Part shown: piece after piece, positions 1 to 11,136 of the stretch
Layout: each line of letters opens with the position of its first letter
Numbering within the stretch: the stretch's first letter is position 1
Source: Candidatus Latescibacterota bacterium
Lineage (GTDB): Bacteria; Latescibacterota; UBA2968; GCA-2709665
Direction of reading: 5' to 3'
DNA: 64,000 nucleotides
Assembly (NCBI GenBank): GCA_963667175.2
Contig: CAXXXF010000004.1
Span: 128,001-192,000 of the forward strand
Notes under the pieces: generated by a model
What the model was told of the DNA's origin: nothing
Databases searched by the model: none
What the model saw: only the letters and a program-made list of their open reading frames with translations
Position numbers and translations under genes: made by a program

Positions 1-156
1 GACACCGCGAGGGGATCACAGTTCCCCCTTCCCCCCGGGAAGGGGGATAGGGGGTAGGTCTCGTTCCCGAGGACGGAAGACGCGAGACATTCCCTGCCCT
101 CGGCGAACAAAACCGGCGTTTGAATTCGCGAGGACATTATCGATGGGAGAACCGTC

Positions 157-1212
157 ATGCTGATCGTCGATGCCCACCTGGATATCGCCCACAACGCACT
201 CGAATGGGACCGGGACCTGCTCCAGCCCATCGCCGAAATACGCGAGGCCGAGGCGGGGATGACGCAGAAGGGCCGCGGCATGAACGTGGTGAATTTCGCA
301 GAACTGCGGCGCGGCGGAATCGGACTCTTCTTCGTAACGGTGCACTGCCGGCTTGCTTCGATGGGTAATCGCTTTTCCGGGGTGCGCACCCAGGACATCG
401 CCTACGCCAGGTGCATGGGCGAGTCGGCCTACTACCGCCTGATGGAGGCCAGGGGCGTCTTGCGCCAGATTCGCGATTGCGCTGAACTCGACGCTCATCT
501 GGCCGAATGGGATGACGATCCGCAGACGACCCCGCTGGGGTTTGTCCTCAGCATGGAAGGGGCGGACGGCATTGTGGCGCCGGAACAGGTACCGGAGTGG
601 TGGGATGAAGGCCTGCGGATCGTAAGTCTGTGTCACTACGGGGTGAGCGCCTACTCACACGGGACCCAGGCTCCGGGCGGCCTCACGGCCAGAGGCCGCC
701 CCATGCTCGAAGCCCTGGAGGCGGCCGGGATCATCTTCGACGTGAGCCACCTGGCCGAGCAGGCATTCTGGGAAGCCCTGGAGGTCTTCAACGGTCACGT
801 GCTGGCCACGCACAACTGCTGCCGGGCCCTGTGCGACCACGACCGCCAACTCGACGATCGACAGATTAAGGCGCTGGCCCAGCGCGGCGGCGTCATTGGC
901 ACAGCCATGGACGTCTGGATGATCTCTTCCTTGTGGGACCCGGCAGCCATGGACAACACGGGCATCACGCTGGAAACCGTGGTGGACCACATCGACCACG
1001 TCTGCCAGCTGACCGGGAGCTCACGCCACGCAGCCATCGGCACCGACCTGGACGGGGGCTACGGCAAGGAGCAGTGCCCCTTTGATCTCGACACCATCGC
1101 CGACCTGCGGAAGATTCCCGCCATCTTGGAAAAACGCGGGTACTCGCAGACCGACATTGCCGGCATCATGCACGGAAACTGGGTCCGCCTGCTGCGTGCG
1201 GCGTGGAAATGA
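157..1212 (+). CDS. Membrane dipeptidase (peptidase M19, amidohydrolase fold)
   Basis: N-terminal DAHLD, LSMEGAD, DVSHL, HIDHVCQ and IGTDLDG metal-binding motifs. Confidence 0.9.
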   Translation: MLIVDAHLDIAHNALEWDRDLLQPIAEIREAEAGMTQKGRGMNVVNFAELRRGGIGLFFVTVHCRLASMGNRFSGVRTQDIAYARCMGESAYYRLMEARGVLRQIRDCAELDAHLAEWDDDPQTTPLGFVLSMEGADGIVAPEQVPEWWDEGLRIVSLCHYGVSAYSHGTQAPGGLTARGRPMLEALEAAGIIFDVSHLAEQAFWEALEVFNGHVLATHNCCRALCDHDRQLDDRQIKALAQRGGVIGTAMDVWMISSLWDPAAMDNTGITLETVVDHIDHVCQLTGSSRHAAIGTDLDGGYGKEQCPFDLDTIADLRKIPAILEKRGYSQTDIAGIMHGNWVRLLRAAWK

Positions 1213-1299
1213 CCGGGGTCGCGTGTTCTATCCCGGAAATAAGTTGCCGAGTGATGAGGTATTTGGGGGACAGGACACCTGTCAGAGGAGTGTTCAAAT

Positions 1300-3426
1300 A
1301 TGTCGATTGAGGCCAGTCGCAGCTTTTCACTCGATGCCGCTGCGCTCGAAGTACGAGGTCAGTTCGATGGACTCCAATACTGCGAGCAGAGAAAGGCGAT
1401 CGTTCTCGATGATATGCTCCTGGTCGAAGACGATGCGCCAGCCATCGGCCAGCCCGAAGACGCCGAGGACCGGTCGTGGTTTGAGAAATTGCATAAAGGA
1501 GTGATGGCGCGAAAAGATCTGGTCCTGGATGATCCTCGCGCCACAGCGGCCTGGCTGATCTTCAACGGACGGGAAATGGACGACAATGACCATGCGCTCC
1601 ACGTCTCCATCAACGGTCACCACTTGATCCGACCTCCGAGCAAGATCGCCCACCCGACTGCCCGCCACTACTACACCACGGACTGGGGAGGCTCGCACTT
1701 CGACAACTGGTTCGTGGTGGCCCTGCCGGTGGGCGCCCTGAGGCAGGGTACCAATGAGTTCGTCCTGTGGGCTGAATCGGAGGAGACCAGCTGGGAAATC
1801 ATGGTGGCCGCCGATGGAGAATACAAACGAGGATCTGAAACGCGGCTCTGTCACCCCGATCGCAGCGCCAAGAGCCGGAACGGAGGCCGTACCTGGGATT
1901 TCGAACACCTGGGCTGGAAGGATGAAATCGACGGGGAGTACGCCGTCCGCCTCAGTCTGGACCGCAGCGTACCGAAGGGCGCCTTTGTCTCACCGGTGAT
2001 CGACCTGGCGACGGGAGGGGACACAAAGGGAATCGCGAAATTGCTCGATATCGAAGCGTTCAGGGTGGGATGGGAAGTCGAAGTGCCCGAGGGAAGCCAG
2101 GTAGAAATAGAGGCGCGACTGTGCGACAATCCAGCGCCTGCAGCGGCCGCGTGGTCCTCGTTCGAGCCTGTAACGGATTCCTCGAAGACATGGGAGGCTC
2201 CTGCCGGACGCTACCTGCAGTTCAAGATTGTCATGAATACCCGCAACCCGCTGGTGACGCCGGTTTTCAAGGGTATTTCCGTGGAGGCGAAGGGTCGCGA
2301 GCACAGGCGCCGATCCAATAGACGTTACCGCCTTCAACAGTTCCGCAACGGGCGCGTCATTCGCCCGTCCCTGCCCTACGTCCACGAAGATTTCGCCCGG
2401 CTGAACGAACTGCGCCACCGCTTTCAACTGGATGCAGTGGTCTCAGGCGCGGCGACTGAATTCGAGGCCCAGCTGCAACTCATGCGCTGGGCCTACAAAG
2501 TACCGATCGGCCGCCTGGATGCCTACGAATGGAATTACTATGACTTGCCTCGACTCGACAGGGATGAGAATGGACGGCCCGGCCTGCCTGGCGACAACCG
2601 GAAACGCCGGCGCGACGGCCACTGCCTCTACTGCAATCTGACCTTGATCGCCGCCTGTCTGGCCATGGGCTTTCCGGCCCGCTGGGTCAATATCTCCACC
2701 AAACACACGTACGGACACGAAGTGGCCGAAGTGTGGTCAAACGAGTTCGACAAGTGGATCTTCCTGGATGCGACGCGCGATTACTACATTTACGACCCCG
2801 ACACGGGCATTCCGCTGAATCTGGTGGAAATCAGCGAGCGTCTGGCCGAGATCATGCCGGGACCGGCGACATGGGAATATCCCATCCAGTGGCGCCTGCC
2901 GGACCTCGAAATGCTCCGCGCCGCGCGCGTTGCCTATCGCCAGGGCGACAATGCGTTTTCGATTGACGACCTGAGCGGAGGTCCGGAGCACCTGATGCTC
3001 AAAGGACACTTGCAGATGGTGCGGCGCAACGACTTTGCCAGCCGGCCATGGCCGCTACCGTGGCGACTCTCCAGCAACTGGGGAAGCGATCTCTTCTATT
3101 GCTTCTACAGCGATGTGTTCCCCCGCAAGCGCGAATACCAACAGCACACCAGGCGATGGCAGGATTTCAATCCCCCGCTCAACCGGACGGAACTCTATTT
3201 GAGCGAAACCGCCGAGCCGGATGTCTTGCGGGTGGACGTGGATACCGTGACGCCTTGCTTTGACGCATTCCTGGTGCAGATCGACAAAGCCGAATGGCGC
3301 GAACAGACAGAATCCTCGCTGGAATGGAGACTGCACGAGGGCCTGAACCAACTGCGGCTCAAGGCGCGCAACGGCGCGGGGATTTGCGGCCCGGCCAGCC
3401 ACGCAACGGTCGTGATGAATACCTGA
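1300..3426 (+). CDS. Large protein with C-terminal transglutaminase-like (Cys-His-Asp) domain
   Basis: GHCLYCN...GFPARWV...GHEVAEVWSNEFDKWIFLD; AGGAG RBS upstream. Confidence 0.7.
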   Translation: MSIEASRSFSLDAAALEVRGQFDGLQYCEQRKAIVLDDMLLVEDDAPAIGQPEDAEDRSWFEKLHKGVMARKDLVLDDPRATAAWLIFNGREMDDNDHALHVSINGHHLIRPPSKIAHPTARHYYTTDWGGSHFDNWFVVALPVGALRQGTNEFVLWAESEETSWEIMVAADGEYKRGSETRLCHPDRSAKSRNGGRTWDFEHLGWKDEIDGEYAVRLSLDRSVPKGAFVSPVIDLATGGDTKGIAKLLDIEAFRVGWEVEVPEGSQVEIEARLCDNPAPAAAAWSSFEPVTDSSKTWEAPAGRYLQFKIVMNTRNPLVTPVFKGISVEAKGREHRRRSNRRYRLQQFRNGRVIRPSLPYVHEDFARLNELRHRFQLDAVVSGAATEFEAQLQLMRWAYKVPIGRLDAYEWNYYDLPRLDRDENGRPGLPGDNRKRRRDGHCLYCNLTLIAACLAMGFPARWVNISTKHTYGHEVAEVWSNEFDKWIFLDATRDYYIYDPDTGIPLNLVEISERLAEIMPGPATWEYPIQWRLPDLEMLRAARVAYRQGDNAFSIDDLSGGPEHLMLKGHLQMVRRNDFASRPWPLPWRLSSNWGSDLFYCFYSDVFPRKREYQQHTRRWQDFNPPLNRTELYLSETAEPDVLRVDVDTVTPCFDAFLVQIDKAEWREQTESSLEWRLHEGLNQLRLKARNGAGICGPASHATVVMNT

Positions 3427-3498
3427 TTGACGCCAGGCGCGGGTTGATAAGTTCCTCAGCCGTTCAGCCGTTCGACGAATGCTTCGACTTCCCTCGCT

Positions 3499-4680
3499 TC
3501 AGTTGTCCTCCACCGACCCGTCCTCGTACCTGAGTTCCTCCCGGAGTATCGGTTCGTAGGGGTGCGCCCGGGCCACCTCCTCGTTCAGTTCGAGTCCGAG
3601 ACCCGGGGTGTCCGGCAACGTCACGAAACCGTCCTCGATCCGGTACCGGTGCCCGTAGAACAGGTCGTCCCTCCAGTCGGTCTTCTCTCTGGTTGAGTCG
3701 TCCGCGTAATTGGCCATTTCCTGGATCACGCTGTTGGGGCAGTTCAAGCCCATGTGTATTTCGGCGGTGACCCCCACCCGGCTGTAGGTGACGTGGGGTG
3801 AGACCTGGATGTACTGCGCCTCCGCCATGGCCGCGATCTTCTTGAACTCCGAGATGCCGCCGCAGTGGACGATGTCCGGATTGAGGTAGCTAACCAGGCG
3901 TTTCGCGATGATGTCCTGGAAGCCCCACTTGGTGAAGTTCCGCTCGCCCATGCACAGGGGCACCGTCGTGCGGTCGCTCAGCCACTCGAGCGCGTCGTTC
4001 GATCCTTCCACCTGGATCGGTTCCTCAACCCAGAAGGGGCGGTAGGGCTCGACGGCCTTGCAGTACTCCAGGGCCATTGTGGGCGTCAGTCGACCGTGGG
4101 CGTCGATGAGGACGTCGAAGTCATCGCCCCCTTCGATCCGCATCTCCTCGATCTGACGGACCGCCCGTTTCAGGTCCCAGGGCATGGGCACCGTGAGTGG
4201 GTCGCCGGCTCTGGTCACCGGCGGCCCCGTCTTGACGGCGCTGCATCCCATGGCCCGGGCGCGCTGCACGCCCGCCTTCCCCCCGCCGCCGGCGTAGATG
4301 CGCACTTTGTCCCGCGCGGCGCCTCCCAACAACTTGTAGATCGGCAACCCCGCGATCTTACCCAGGATATCCCACAGGGCGATATCGATAGCGCTGAGGG
4401 CGGTTGTGAAAAGCACGCCCACGTGCCAGCGGTTCCAGCGGAAGAGCCCTTGCCAGAGACGCTCGATGTCCGTTGGGTTCTTCCCGATGAGGTGGCCCTC
4501 CAGGTCCTTGATGCACTGCGCGATGGTGCCCACCTTGTTGTCGCTGATCGAGCCCTCGCCCAGTCCCGTGATCCCCTCGTTCGTCCTGATCTTCACGAAA
4601 CAGCAGTTCCCTTTCACCAGAAAGGTGTCCACGCCCGTGATCCTGATACCGGGGTAGATCGCGCTGCCTTGGTCAGCCAT
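3499..4680 (-). CDS. Mandelate racemase/galactonate dehydratase family enolase-superfamily enzyme
   Basis: SAIDIALWDILGK, LLGG, DAHGR, EEP, GER, PDIVHCGGISE motifs; ATG at 4680 after AGGAG. Confidence 0.88.
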   Translation of the reverse strand: MADQGSAIYPGIRITGVDTFLVKGNCCFVKIRTNEGITGLGEGSISDNKVGTIAQCIKDLEGHLIGKNPTDIERLWQGLFRWNRWHVGVLFTTALSAIDIALWDILGKIAGLPIYKLLGGAARDKVRIYAGGGGKAGVQRARAMGCSAVKTGPPVTRAGDPLTVPMPWDLKRAVRQIEEMRIEGGDDFDVLIDAHGRLTPTMALEYCKAVEPYRPFWVEEPIQVEGSNDALEWLSDRTTVPLCMGERNFTKWGFQDIIAKRLVSYLNPDIVHCGGISEFKKIAAMAEAQYIQVSPHVTYSRVGVTAEIHMGLNCPNSVIQEMANYADDSTREKTDWRDDLFYGHRYRIEDGFVTLPDTPGLGLELNEEVARAHPYEPILREELRYEDGSVEDN

Positions 4681-5057
4681 TGTTAATGTCTCCTGTGAAA
4701 GTCCTCTCAAGAGTCATTTCGAGCGTATACGAATTGGTTTCCCGTGAATGAGGAGCTTTCAGCCGTCAGCTATCAACTTGAATCAAAAAACGAAAAGTCA
4801 AATTCAACATCCACATCTCCCCAAATTCCCTGCCTCCGGCGGGTTCCTTAAAACCGGGAAGACGTTAGACGGGAGAGGGGAGAGATCGCATGCCGCATAG
4901 GGTTTCTTGTCATGCCGCAGGCAAGTCAAAAGGACAAATCGGCAAGGGCTTCTTCTCCCGTCTCACCTCTACCGTCTACCCGCATTTCTTCTACCGTATT
5001 CCGTCTTGCGTCTCCCCGCCTTTCTTCCTTCTTCCTTCTTCCTTCTTCCTTTTTTCC

Positions 5058-6173
5058 CTATACCGGATAATTGACCTTCAGATCCTTGAAATCATCGCTC
5101 AGTTCGTACGCCTTTCCTTCCGCGCGGGCGCGCTCCCGGTCGACGTTGTTGGCTTCCTTGACGAAGGCGTTGCTGACCACGTCCTCTGCCTTGTAGTGGT
5201 TCCGGATCTGTCCCAGTTTGTGGACGGTGTCGATGTATGCCTGCCACGAATCCATATCGCTGTACCCGTACCCCTTCCCAATCCGGTCGCCGTCAAAGTA
5301 GATGGTGCCCAGCTCAAGCATGGAGTCCAGCGCAAGCTGCGGCGCCATCTGTTCTCGCAGGGCCGGGAAGCGTCCGTACGTGATCTGACCGGCTGCGCGC
5401 GGATTGGCCCGCGTAAACTCGTACGCCAGGCAGTTGGCCTTGAAGAAGCGCGTCCAGACGTCCACGCGGGTCTCGTCTTTCAGATCATCGCGATGGATGG
5501 CATAGCCGTTGGACGGATGATTGGAGAACTCCATCCCGACGAGGAATTTGAGCTTCATTCCAAGCGCTTTCCACTGGGCCGCCAGCCCTCGCCATGCCAG
5601 CCCCGCGTCCGCCCGACCCAGGGCGACCATCTGACCCCATTGAGGGCCGCCGTTCAGGTAGGTGACGGAACCGGGATCCAGCCCGGCTTCCACGAGGATG
5701 GGATCGATGATCACGCGCCAGCCTTCGGAAGCGACGGCGATTTTCTTCCCTGCCAGGTCCTGGACCTTTGTGATCGGACTGTCTTCGGGCAACGCGAAAT
5801 CAAAGACCTGCTTCATCACCATCTCCCACACGAGAACGACGGGGATGCCCGCGTCGATGCTCGAAAGCAGAACGCCCGGAGACGGGAATCCCATGTCCGC
5901 CTGCTTCTGGCCCACCAGTTTGGTTACCGCCAACGCCTCCGTGGGGCCGGGCTGCAGCACAACGTCCAGGTTCACTTCCGTGAAATAACCCATTTCGTGG
6001 GCCACCCACAGGTTGAAGTCATCCATCACCTCCAGGTTTCCGCGCGGGGAGACCCACACGATTCTGTCGGCTTCTGCCGCATTCATTGGGTTGGCCGGAA
6101 TACAGAGCAGAACGCCCAGGGCCGATGAATATCCGAGGAATTCGCGGCGGGTAAGGGTGCCTTTATTCATCAT
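5058..6173 (-). CDS. ABC transporter substrate-binding protein, NMT1/THI5-SsuA type, Tat signal
   Basis: TRREFL twin-arginine signal; GYFTEVNLDV and DLAGKKIAV motifs; adjacent permease and ATPase. Confidence 0.85.
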   Translation of the reverse strand: MMNKGTLTRREFLGYSSALGVLLCIPANPMNAAEADRIVWVSPRGNLEVMDDFNLWVAHEMGYFTEVNLDVVLQPGPTEALAVTKLVGQKQADMGFPSPGVLLSSIDAGIPVVLVWEMVMKQVFDFALPEDSPITKVQDLAGKKIAVASEGWRVIIDPILVEAGLDPGSVTYLNGGPQWGQMVALGRADAGLAWRGLAAQWKALGMKLKFLVGMEFSNHPSNGYAIHRDDLKDETRVDVWTRFFKANCLAYEFTRANPRAAGQITYGRFPALREQMAPQLALDSMLELGTIYFDGDRIGKGYGYSDMDSWQAYIDTVHKLGQIRNHYKAEDVVSNAFVKEANNVDRERARAEGKAYELSDDFKDLKVNYPV

Positions 6174-6204
6174 GAAGTTTTCCTCCCGGTTGGTAACGAG
6201 ACAC

Positions 6205-7005
6205 TTAATTTTCCCAATTCGCCCATTTCTTGCCGATCAGGTAAAAGGCGACGTACAGGCCGATTCCGATCGCCGCGATGAGGATGATCACGGCGAAGAA
6301 GCTGGACATGCGCGCGAGCGAGGAGTAATAGACCAGGCGATTGCCAAGGCCGGACCCGCCGCCAACCATCTCCGCGCCGATCGCGGTCAGCAGGCCGAAG
6401 ATGCCTCCGACCATCAGGCCGACAATGATCATAGGCAGCGCGAGCGGAAAGCGGACCTTGCGGAAAATCTGTAGCGTCGAGGCGCCGTACGAGCGCGCCA
6501 GCGCGATTTTCGCCAGGTCGGTCCTGCGGAAGCCGGTGGCTGCGTTGATCATGACCATTGGGCCGACTGCGAGCGCGACCGCGATGACCCGGGGTGTCTG
6601 GCCGAAGCCGAACTTGAGGATCAGCAGCGGCACCAGGGCGAGCATGGGCGTGGTGACCAGAATCAGGATATACGGCGTGACGATCTTTTCCGCAAAGGGG
6701 AACTGCGTGATCAGCGCGGCAAGGAGAATGCCGGCGACGGCCCCGATCGCGTATCCCAGACCCAGTTCCTGAAGCGTTACCAGCAAGTGGGGCCAGAGTA
6801 ACGGGAAAGACCGGTAGAGCGCGGACGCGATCTCGCTTGGCAGCGGGAAGACGTAGGACGGGATGTCCCACGCGCGAACTACGAACTCGGAAGCGGCCAC
6901 GACCGCCACCGCCACACCCGCGATCACGGCAACCTGTACGCCGGCGAAACGCATCGAAGTCAGCGCGGACCAGTTGATGGGTTGTTTTTCACGATTATTG
7001 GACAT
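6205..7005 (-). CDS. ABC transporter permease (SsuC/TauC-like)
   Basis: Hydrophobic helices; EAA-like ARSYGAS...LPMI; AEMVGG...GLG. Confidence 0.9.
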   Translation of the reverse strand: MSNNREKQPINWSALTSMRFAGVQVAVIAGVAVAVVAASEFVVRAWDIPSYVFPLPSEIASALYRSFPLLWPHLLVTLQELGLGYAIGAVAGILLAALITQFPFAEKIVTPYILILVTTPMLALVPLLILKFGFGQTPRVIAVALAVGPMVMINAATGFRRTDLAKIALARSYGASTLQIFRKVRFPLALPMIIVGLMVGGIFGLLTAIGAEMVGGGSGLGNRLVYYSSLARMSSFFAVIILIAAIGIGLYVAFYLIGKKWANWEN

Positions 7006-7334
7006 ACGATGAACCGTTAAAGAAAGCCATCAGCCTTCAGCGGTCAGCAGTCAGCTTGAGTCAAAAGCGAAAATCAGCTCACACGGAGACACAAAGACGC
7101 AAAGAAAAACAAACAGCGATCAGCCGTCAGACAGAAGCAGCTATCAGCTGTCAGCTGTCAGCGATCAGCTTAAAGCAAAAGACGAAAAACAAACGGCAAT
7201 ACCCTTACATTCACCATTTCGCAAAACCGATCGAGTTATGTGATCTTCTACTGTCTCCCGTCTTACGTCTCACCGGTTTTCAGGTTCTTCCTTCTTCCTT
7301 CCCCGCCTCAGCCGCCACCTGTCGCCGGTTGAAT

Positions 7335-8123
7335 TCAGATCGACACGGCATCCTTCTGTACGTCGTGAAAGATGGTCTGTTTGATTTCGGCGACGATTTC
7401 GAAGAAATGGGGTTCGGCGGTCACGGATAACGGACGCGGGCGGGGCAGGTCGATGTCGTAGATTTTCGAGTTCCGGCCCGGGCGCGGGGTCATCACGTAG
7501 ACCCGGTCCGAGAGGTAGACGGCTTCCGGAATCTGATGGGTGACAAAGACGATGGTTTTGCCGGACTGCTCCCAGATGTTGAGGAGCATCAGGTTCATTT
7601 CGTCCCGGGTAAATGCGTCCAGTGCGCCGAAGGGCTCGTCCATCAGCAGGACCCTGGGGTCGTATGCCAGCGCCCGGACGATGGAAGCCCGCTGCTGCAT
7701 CCCACCCGATAGTTCTCCCGGATAGTGGTGCTCGAAACCCTTCAGGGCCGTGACCTCGATCAGGTCGTCGATGCGGTCCTGATATCGTCCCGGATCTTCC
7801 CTCATGATCTCAAAGGGAAACCGGATATTCTGCAGCAGATTCCGCCACGGGAGCAGGTTGGAGGTCTGGAAGACCATGCCGATTTCCCGCCGCGGTTCCA
7901 GAACCTCGCGTCCGTTAACGGTTATCTTCCCTTCGGAGAGCGGCCAGAGCGCCGCCATGGCCCAGAGCAGGGTGCTTTTTCCGCAGCCGCTGGGTCCGAC
8001 GATGGACACGAACTGCCCTTCCTCCACGGCCATATCGAAGCCGTCCAGGGCCTGGACCTCGCCGCGGTCTCCGGTAAAGGTCTTGCACGCGTTTTCAACG
8101 GTAATAACAGGCGGGTTTTGCAT
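7335..8123 (-). CDS. ABC transporter ATP-binding protein (SsuB/TauB-like)
   Basis: GPSGCGKS, LSGGMQQR, LLMDEPFGALD. Confidence 0.93.
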   Translation of the reverse strand: MQNPPVITVENACKTFTGDRGEVQALDGFDMAVEEGQFVSIVGPSGCGKSTLLWAMAALWPLSEGKITVNGREVLEPRREIGMVFQTSNLLPWRNLLQNIRFPFEIMREDPGRYQDRIDDLIEVTALKGFEHHYPGELSGGMQQRASIVRALAYDPRVLLMDEPFGALDAFTRDEMNLMLLNIWEQSGKTIVFVTHQIPEAVYLSDRVYVMTPRPGRNSKIYDIDLPRPRPLSVTAEPHFFEIVAEIKQTIFHDVQKDAVSI

Positions 8124-8727
8124 CAGATAAGACAGCAGCAAAATCACGACGGAGCGCGCCGTGTCTGCAACCTGGGAGCGCGGGCATCTTGCCCGCAAAA
8201 GTGGACCGAACGCAAACGATCCGCGGTCCACTCGCAGTCAGGTTAAAGACGCGTCGGCGGTTCCACGCGACGTCGGGTAAGTAGTGTTTTTTCGAGGGAC
8301 GTCAGATTTCGTAGAGTCGAGGGTTTTGGCAACGAAAGGGCGAACGGGAGTATATCTGATTCCAGCAGATGGAACAAGGGGTTTCGGAAGGCAGTGGTCA
8401 GTGGTCAGTGGTCAGTGGTCAGTGGTCAGAAAAACGAAAACCAACTCACACAAAGGCACAAAGACACAAAGGGAAGCAAAACCACCAAAAGGCGGAAAGA
8501 CTGAAGACGGAAGAGGGGAGAGATCGCTTGCCCCGTGCGGATTGATTTCTTGCCTGTGGCTCAAAGGAAGAACCAATTGGGCAAGGACGTCTTCTCCCGT
8601 CTCCCGGCTCACCGCTTTCAGGTTCTCCTTCATCCTTCTTCATTTTTCATTCTTCCTTTTTACCTTTCACGTCTCCCCGCTTTTTGGTCGCTCACGCCCC
8701 GGCCCTCTCTGATACCTGACGATAGAT

Positions 8728-10698
8728 TCAAACGGCTTCCGTTACCGCCCCTCGCATCTTCAGGATGTACTTCGCCCGGTCCAGCGGCGATATCCCCTTG
8801 TAGGGTCGCACGACGCCCTCGCCCGGCGGGCACGGCTCATATCCGTCGTACTTGAAGGAGAATTTCGCCGTTCCGCCCGTCAACGAGTTCAGCCGGATGG
8901 GATAGTCCATCGAAGTCGCCAGGGGTATTCGTCCCGTAACCGATAACGCACCTCCGTCTGCCTCAACGGGATCGAAGGCGCCGCGCGCGTTTATGATGTC
9001 CGACGTGATCCTGCCAACGTAGGTCTCGGCCACCGAGATTTTGAACGCCAGTATCGGTTCGAGCAGGGTCGACCCGGTCGCGGTCAGCCCTTTCAACACT
9101 GCGATATTCGTCGCGAGTTTGAAATTGCCCGCGCGGCTGTGCAGCACGTGATCGCTTCCCTCCACCAGGGTAATCTTCAGATCCGTGACTTCCCATCCCT
9201 TGATTCCCTGCCTGAGCGCGCCCTCGATCGATCTTTCGATCTCCTTCTGATATCGTGCCTTGATGTCGTTGACGCCGACCTGTGACGAATAAACGACACC
9301 GCTTCCCGGCTCGCCCGGTTCGATCCGAACCTTCACGATGGCCCAACACGGTTTCGGCATCGTGTAGCGCTCGATACCGTATCCGATGGAAGCAGGTGTC
9401 TCCTTGTAAATGACCATCGGGTCATTGAACCGCGCCTGGATGCCGAATCGCGCATCGAGCATCTCCTTCAGGATCTCCGCCTGAACCGGGCCCATGATCC
9501 TCACGTGCAGTTCGCGTTCATCCTCGAACCACGTGTAGTTGAGGCGCGGGTCTTCGCTCGACAACTGTTGCAGCGCCGCGGCCAGCCGGGAATGATCCGC
9601 CTCGTCTACCGGGATTGCCTGAACCGACAGCAGGGGCTCTCCGAGTTCGCAGGACCCGGGGATTTGGCCCGGGTCGCCCAGGACGTCGCCAATCTTCGCC
9701 TCCGGCATCCCGCACAAGAAACCGATGTCGCCGGCGGAGAGGGCGCTCGTGTCCTCGTATCGATTGAGATAGGATTTCTTGATCTGCGTAATCTTCTCGT
9801 CGCGATCCGCCGTAACGTTCCGGATGATATCCCTGTTTTGGAGTCGTCCTGCATAGAGACGAACGCCGGCGATGCGCCCAAGTTTCGGATCGTGGTCGAG
9901 CTTGAACACCACACCGGAAGGCGGACGTGATTCGTCGGCATCCGCATCGGGAAACCAGGCCACGATTTTCCCCAGCAGTTCCTCCGTTCCGATCATGTTC
10001 TTTGCCACGCCGCAGAGCATGGGAAACAGCTCTCTCTTTGCCGTGCAAGCCGCAATCACCTTTTCGATCTCTGCTCGTGAAATCGGCTCTTCGTTCAGGA
10101 ATCGCTCCAGGAGCACGTCGTCCTTCGCGGCGACGCTCTCTGTCAGGGCGGTTTGACCGTCCGGGTTCAGATTGGCGATACCAGCGTCCGATTCGCCTTC
10201 CTTCTCCGGCTGATTGACCGGAATCACGTCGCGTGAAAATCGAAGCTTCAGATCATCGACGACCCTCGCCGTATCCGCGCCGATCCGATCCAGTTTGTTC
10301 ACGAACAGGATGACGGGTATGTTCAGCGCCTCCAGCGCGGCCCAAATCGTCTCCGTCTGGGCCTGGATGCCCTCGACCGCGGAAAGAACGAGTACGGCGC
10401 AGTCCAGCACCCGGAGCGACCGTTCGACTTCCGAGGTAAAATCGACGTGCCCCGGCGTGTCGATCAGGTTGATCCTCACGCCCTCCCACTCGAATGACAT
10501 CGACGATGCCCGGACCGAGATCCCTCGCCGCCTCTCCACGTCGAGCGCATCGGAGAGGCTGGTCCCTTTGTCTACATTTCCGGGAGAACGGATGGCGCCG
10601 CTGAGGTACAGCAGATTCTCGGTCACCGTCGTCTTGCCGGCATCGACGTGTGCGAGGATACCCAGGTTGCGAATTCTTGAGGGATTTTCTTGACGCAT
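8728..10698 (-). CDS. TetM/TetO-like ribosomal protection family translational GTPase (EF-G paralogue)
   Basis: AHVDAGKTT, RGIS, DTPGHVDF, NKLD; ~655 aa; QGIKGWEVTDLKI and C-terminal LDRAKY tail typical of ribosomal protection proteins. Confidence 0.85.
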   Translation of the reverse strand: MRQENPSRIRNLGILAHVDAGKTTVTENLLYLSGAIRSPGNVDKGTSLSDALDVERRRGISVRASSMSFEWEGVRINLIDTPGHVDFTSEVERSLRVLDCAVLVLSAVEGIQAQTETIWAALEALNIPVILFVNKLDRIGADTARVVDDLKLRFSRDVIPVNQPEKEGESDAGIANLNPDGQTALTESVAAKDDVLLERFLNEEPISRAEIEKVIAACTAKRELFPMLCGVAKNMIGTEELLGKIVAWFPDADADESRPPSGVVFKLDHDPKLGRIAGVRLYAGRLQNRDIIRNVTADRDEKITQIKKSYLNRYEDTSALSAGDIGFLCGMPEAKIGDVLGDPGQIPGSCELGEPLLSVQAIPVDEADHSRLAAALQQLSSEDPRLNYTWFEDERELHVRIMGPVQAEILKEMLDARFGIQARFNDPMVIYKETPASIGYGIERYTMPKPCWAIVKVRIEPGEPGSGVVYSSQVGVNDIKARYQKEIERSIEGALRQGIKGWEVTDLKITLVEGSDHVLHSRAGNFKLATNIAVLKGLTATGSTLLEPILAFKISVAETYVGRITSDIINARGAFDPVEADGGALSVTGRIPLATSMDYPIRLNSLTGGTAKFSFKYDGYEPCPPGEGVVRPYKGISPLDRAKYILKMRGAVTEAV

Positions 10699-11136
10699 AA
10701 GATTGTCGTTCAATCAGCGCGTGGCGGGAAGGCTCATAATCGACGTGCGCGGGGATATACACCTCATGATAAACAAAAGCCGTCACGCCAGCGAGAAAGT
10801 CATGCAGCGGGGCGCGGACCTCCCGTGTGACGTGGTCGACGGCGGAAAGGCGGGCAACCACAAGGGTTGCCCCTACAATTGCGGCTGTGCGGCACCGAGG
10901 ACCGAACCACATTGCGCTACAATGTCCGTATATGTCTGTTCTGGTTCGGCACGATGGGCACCGGGCGCGGGTCAAAACCTGGAGAACCGGACAAATAGGT
11001 CATAATTTCCTCTATAAATACAAAATTATTAAAGATATTTCTATTAATATCTGTTGTTTGATTGTATGAAATGGGTTACATTTTTGTATCGCACATGACC
11101 ACCTGCAACTGGATTACCGACTGCAAGGAGACAAAA

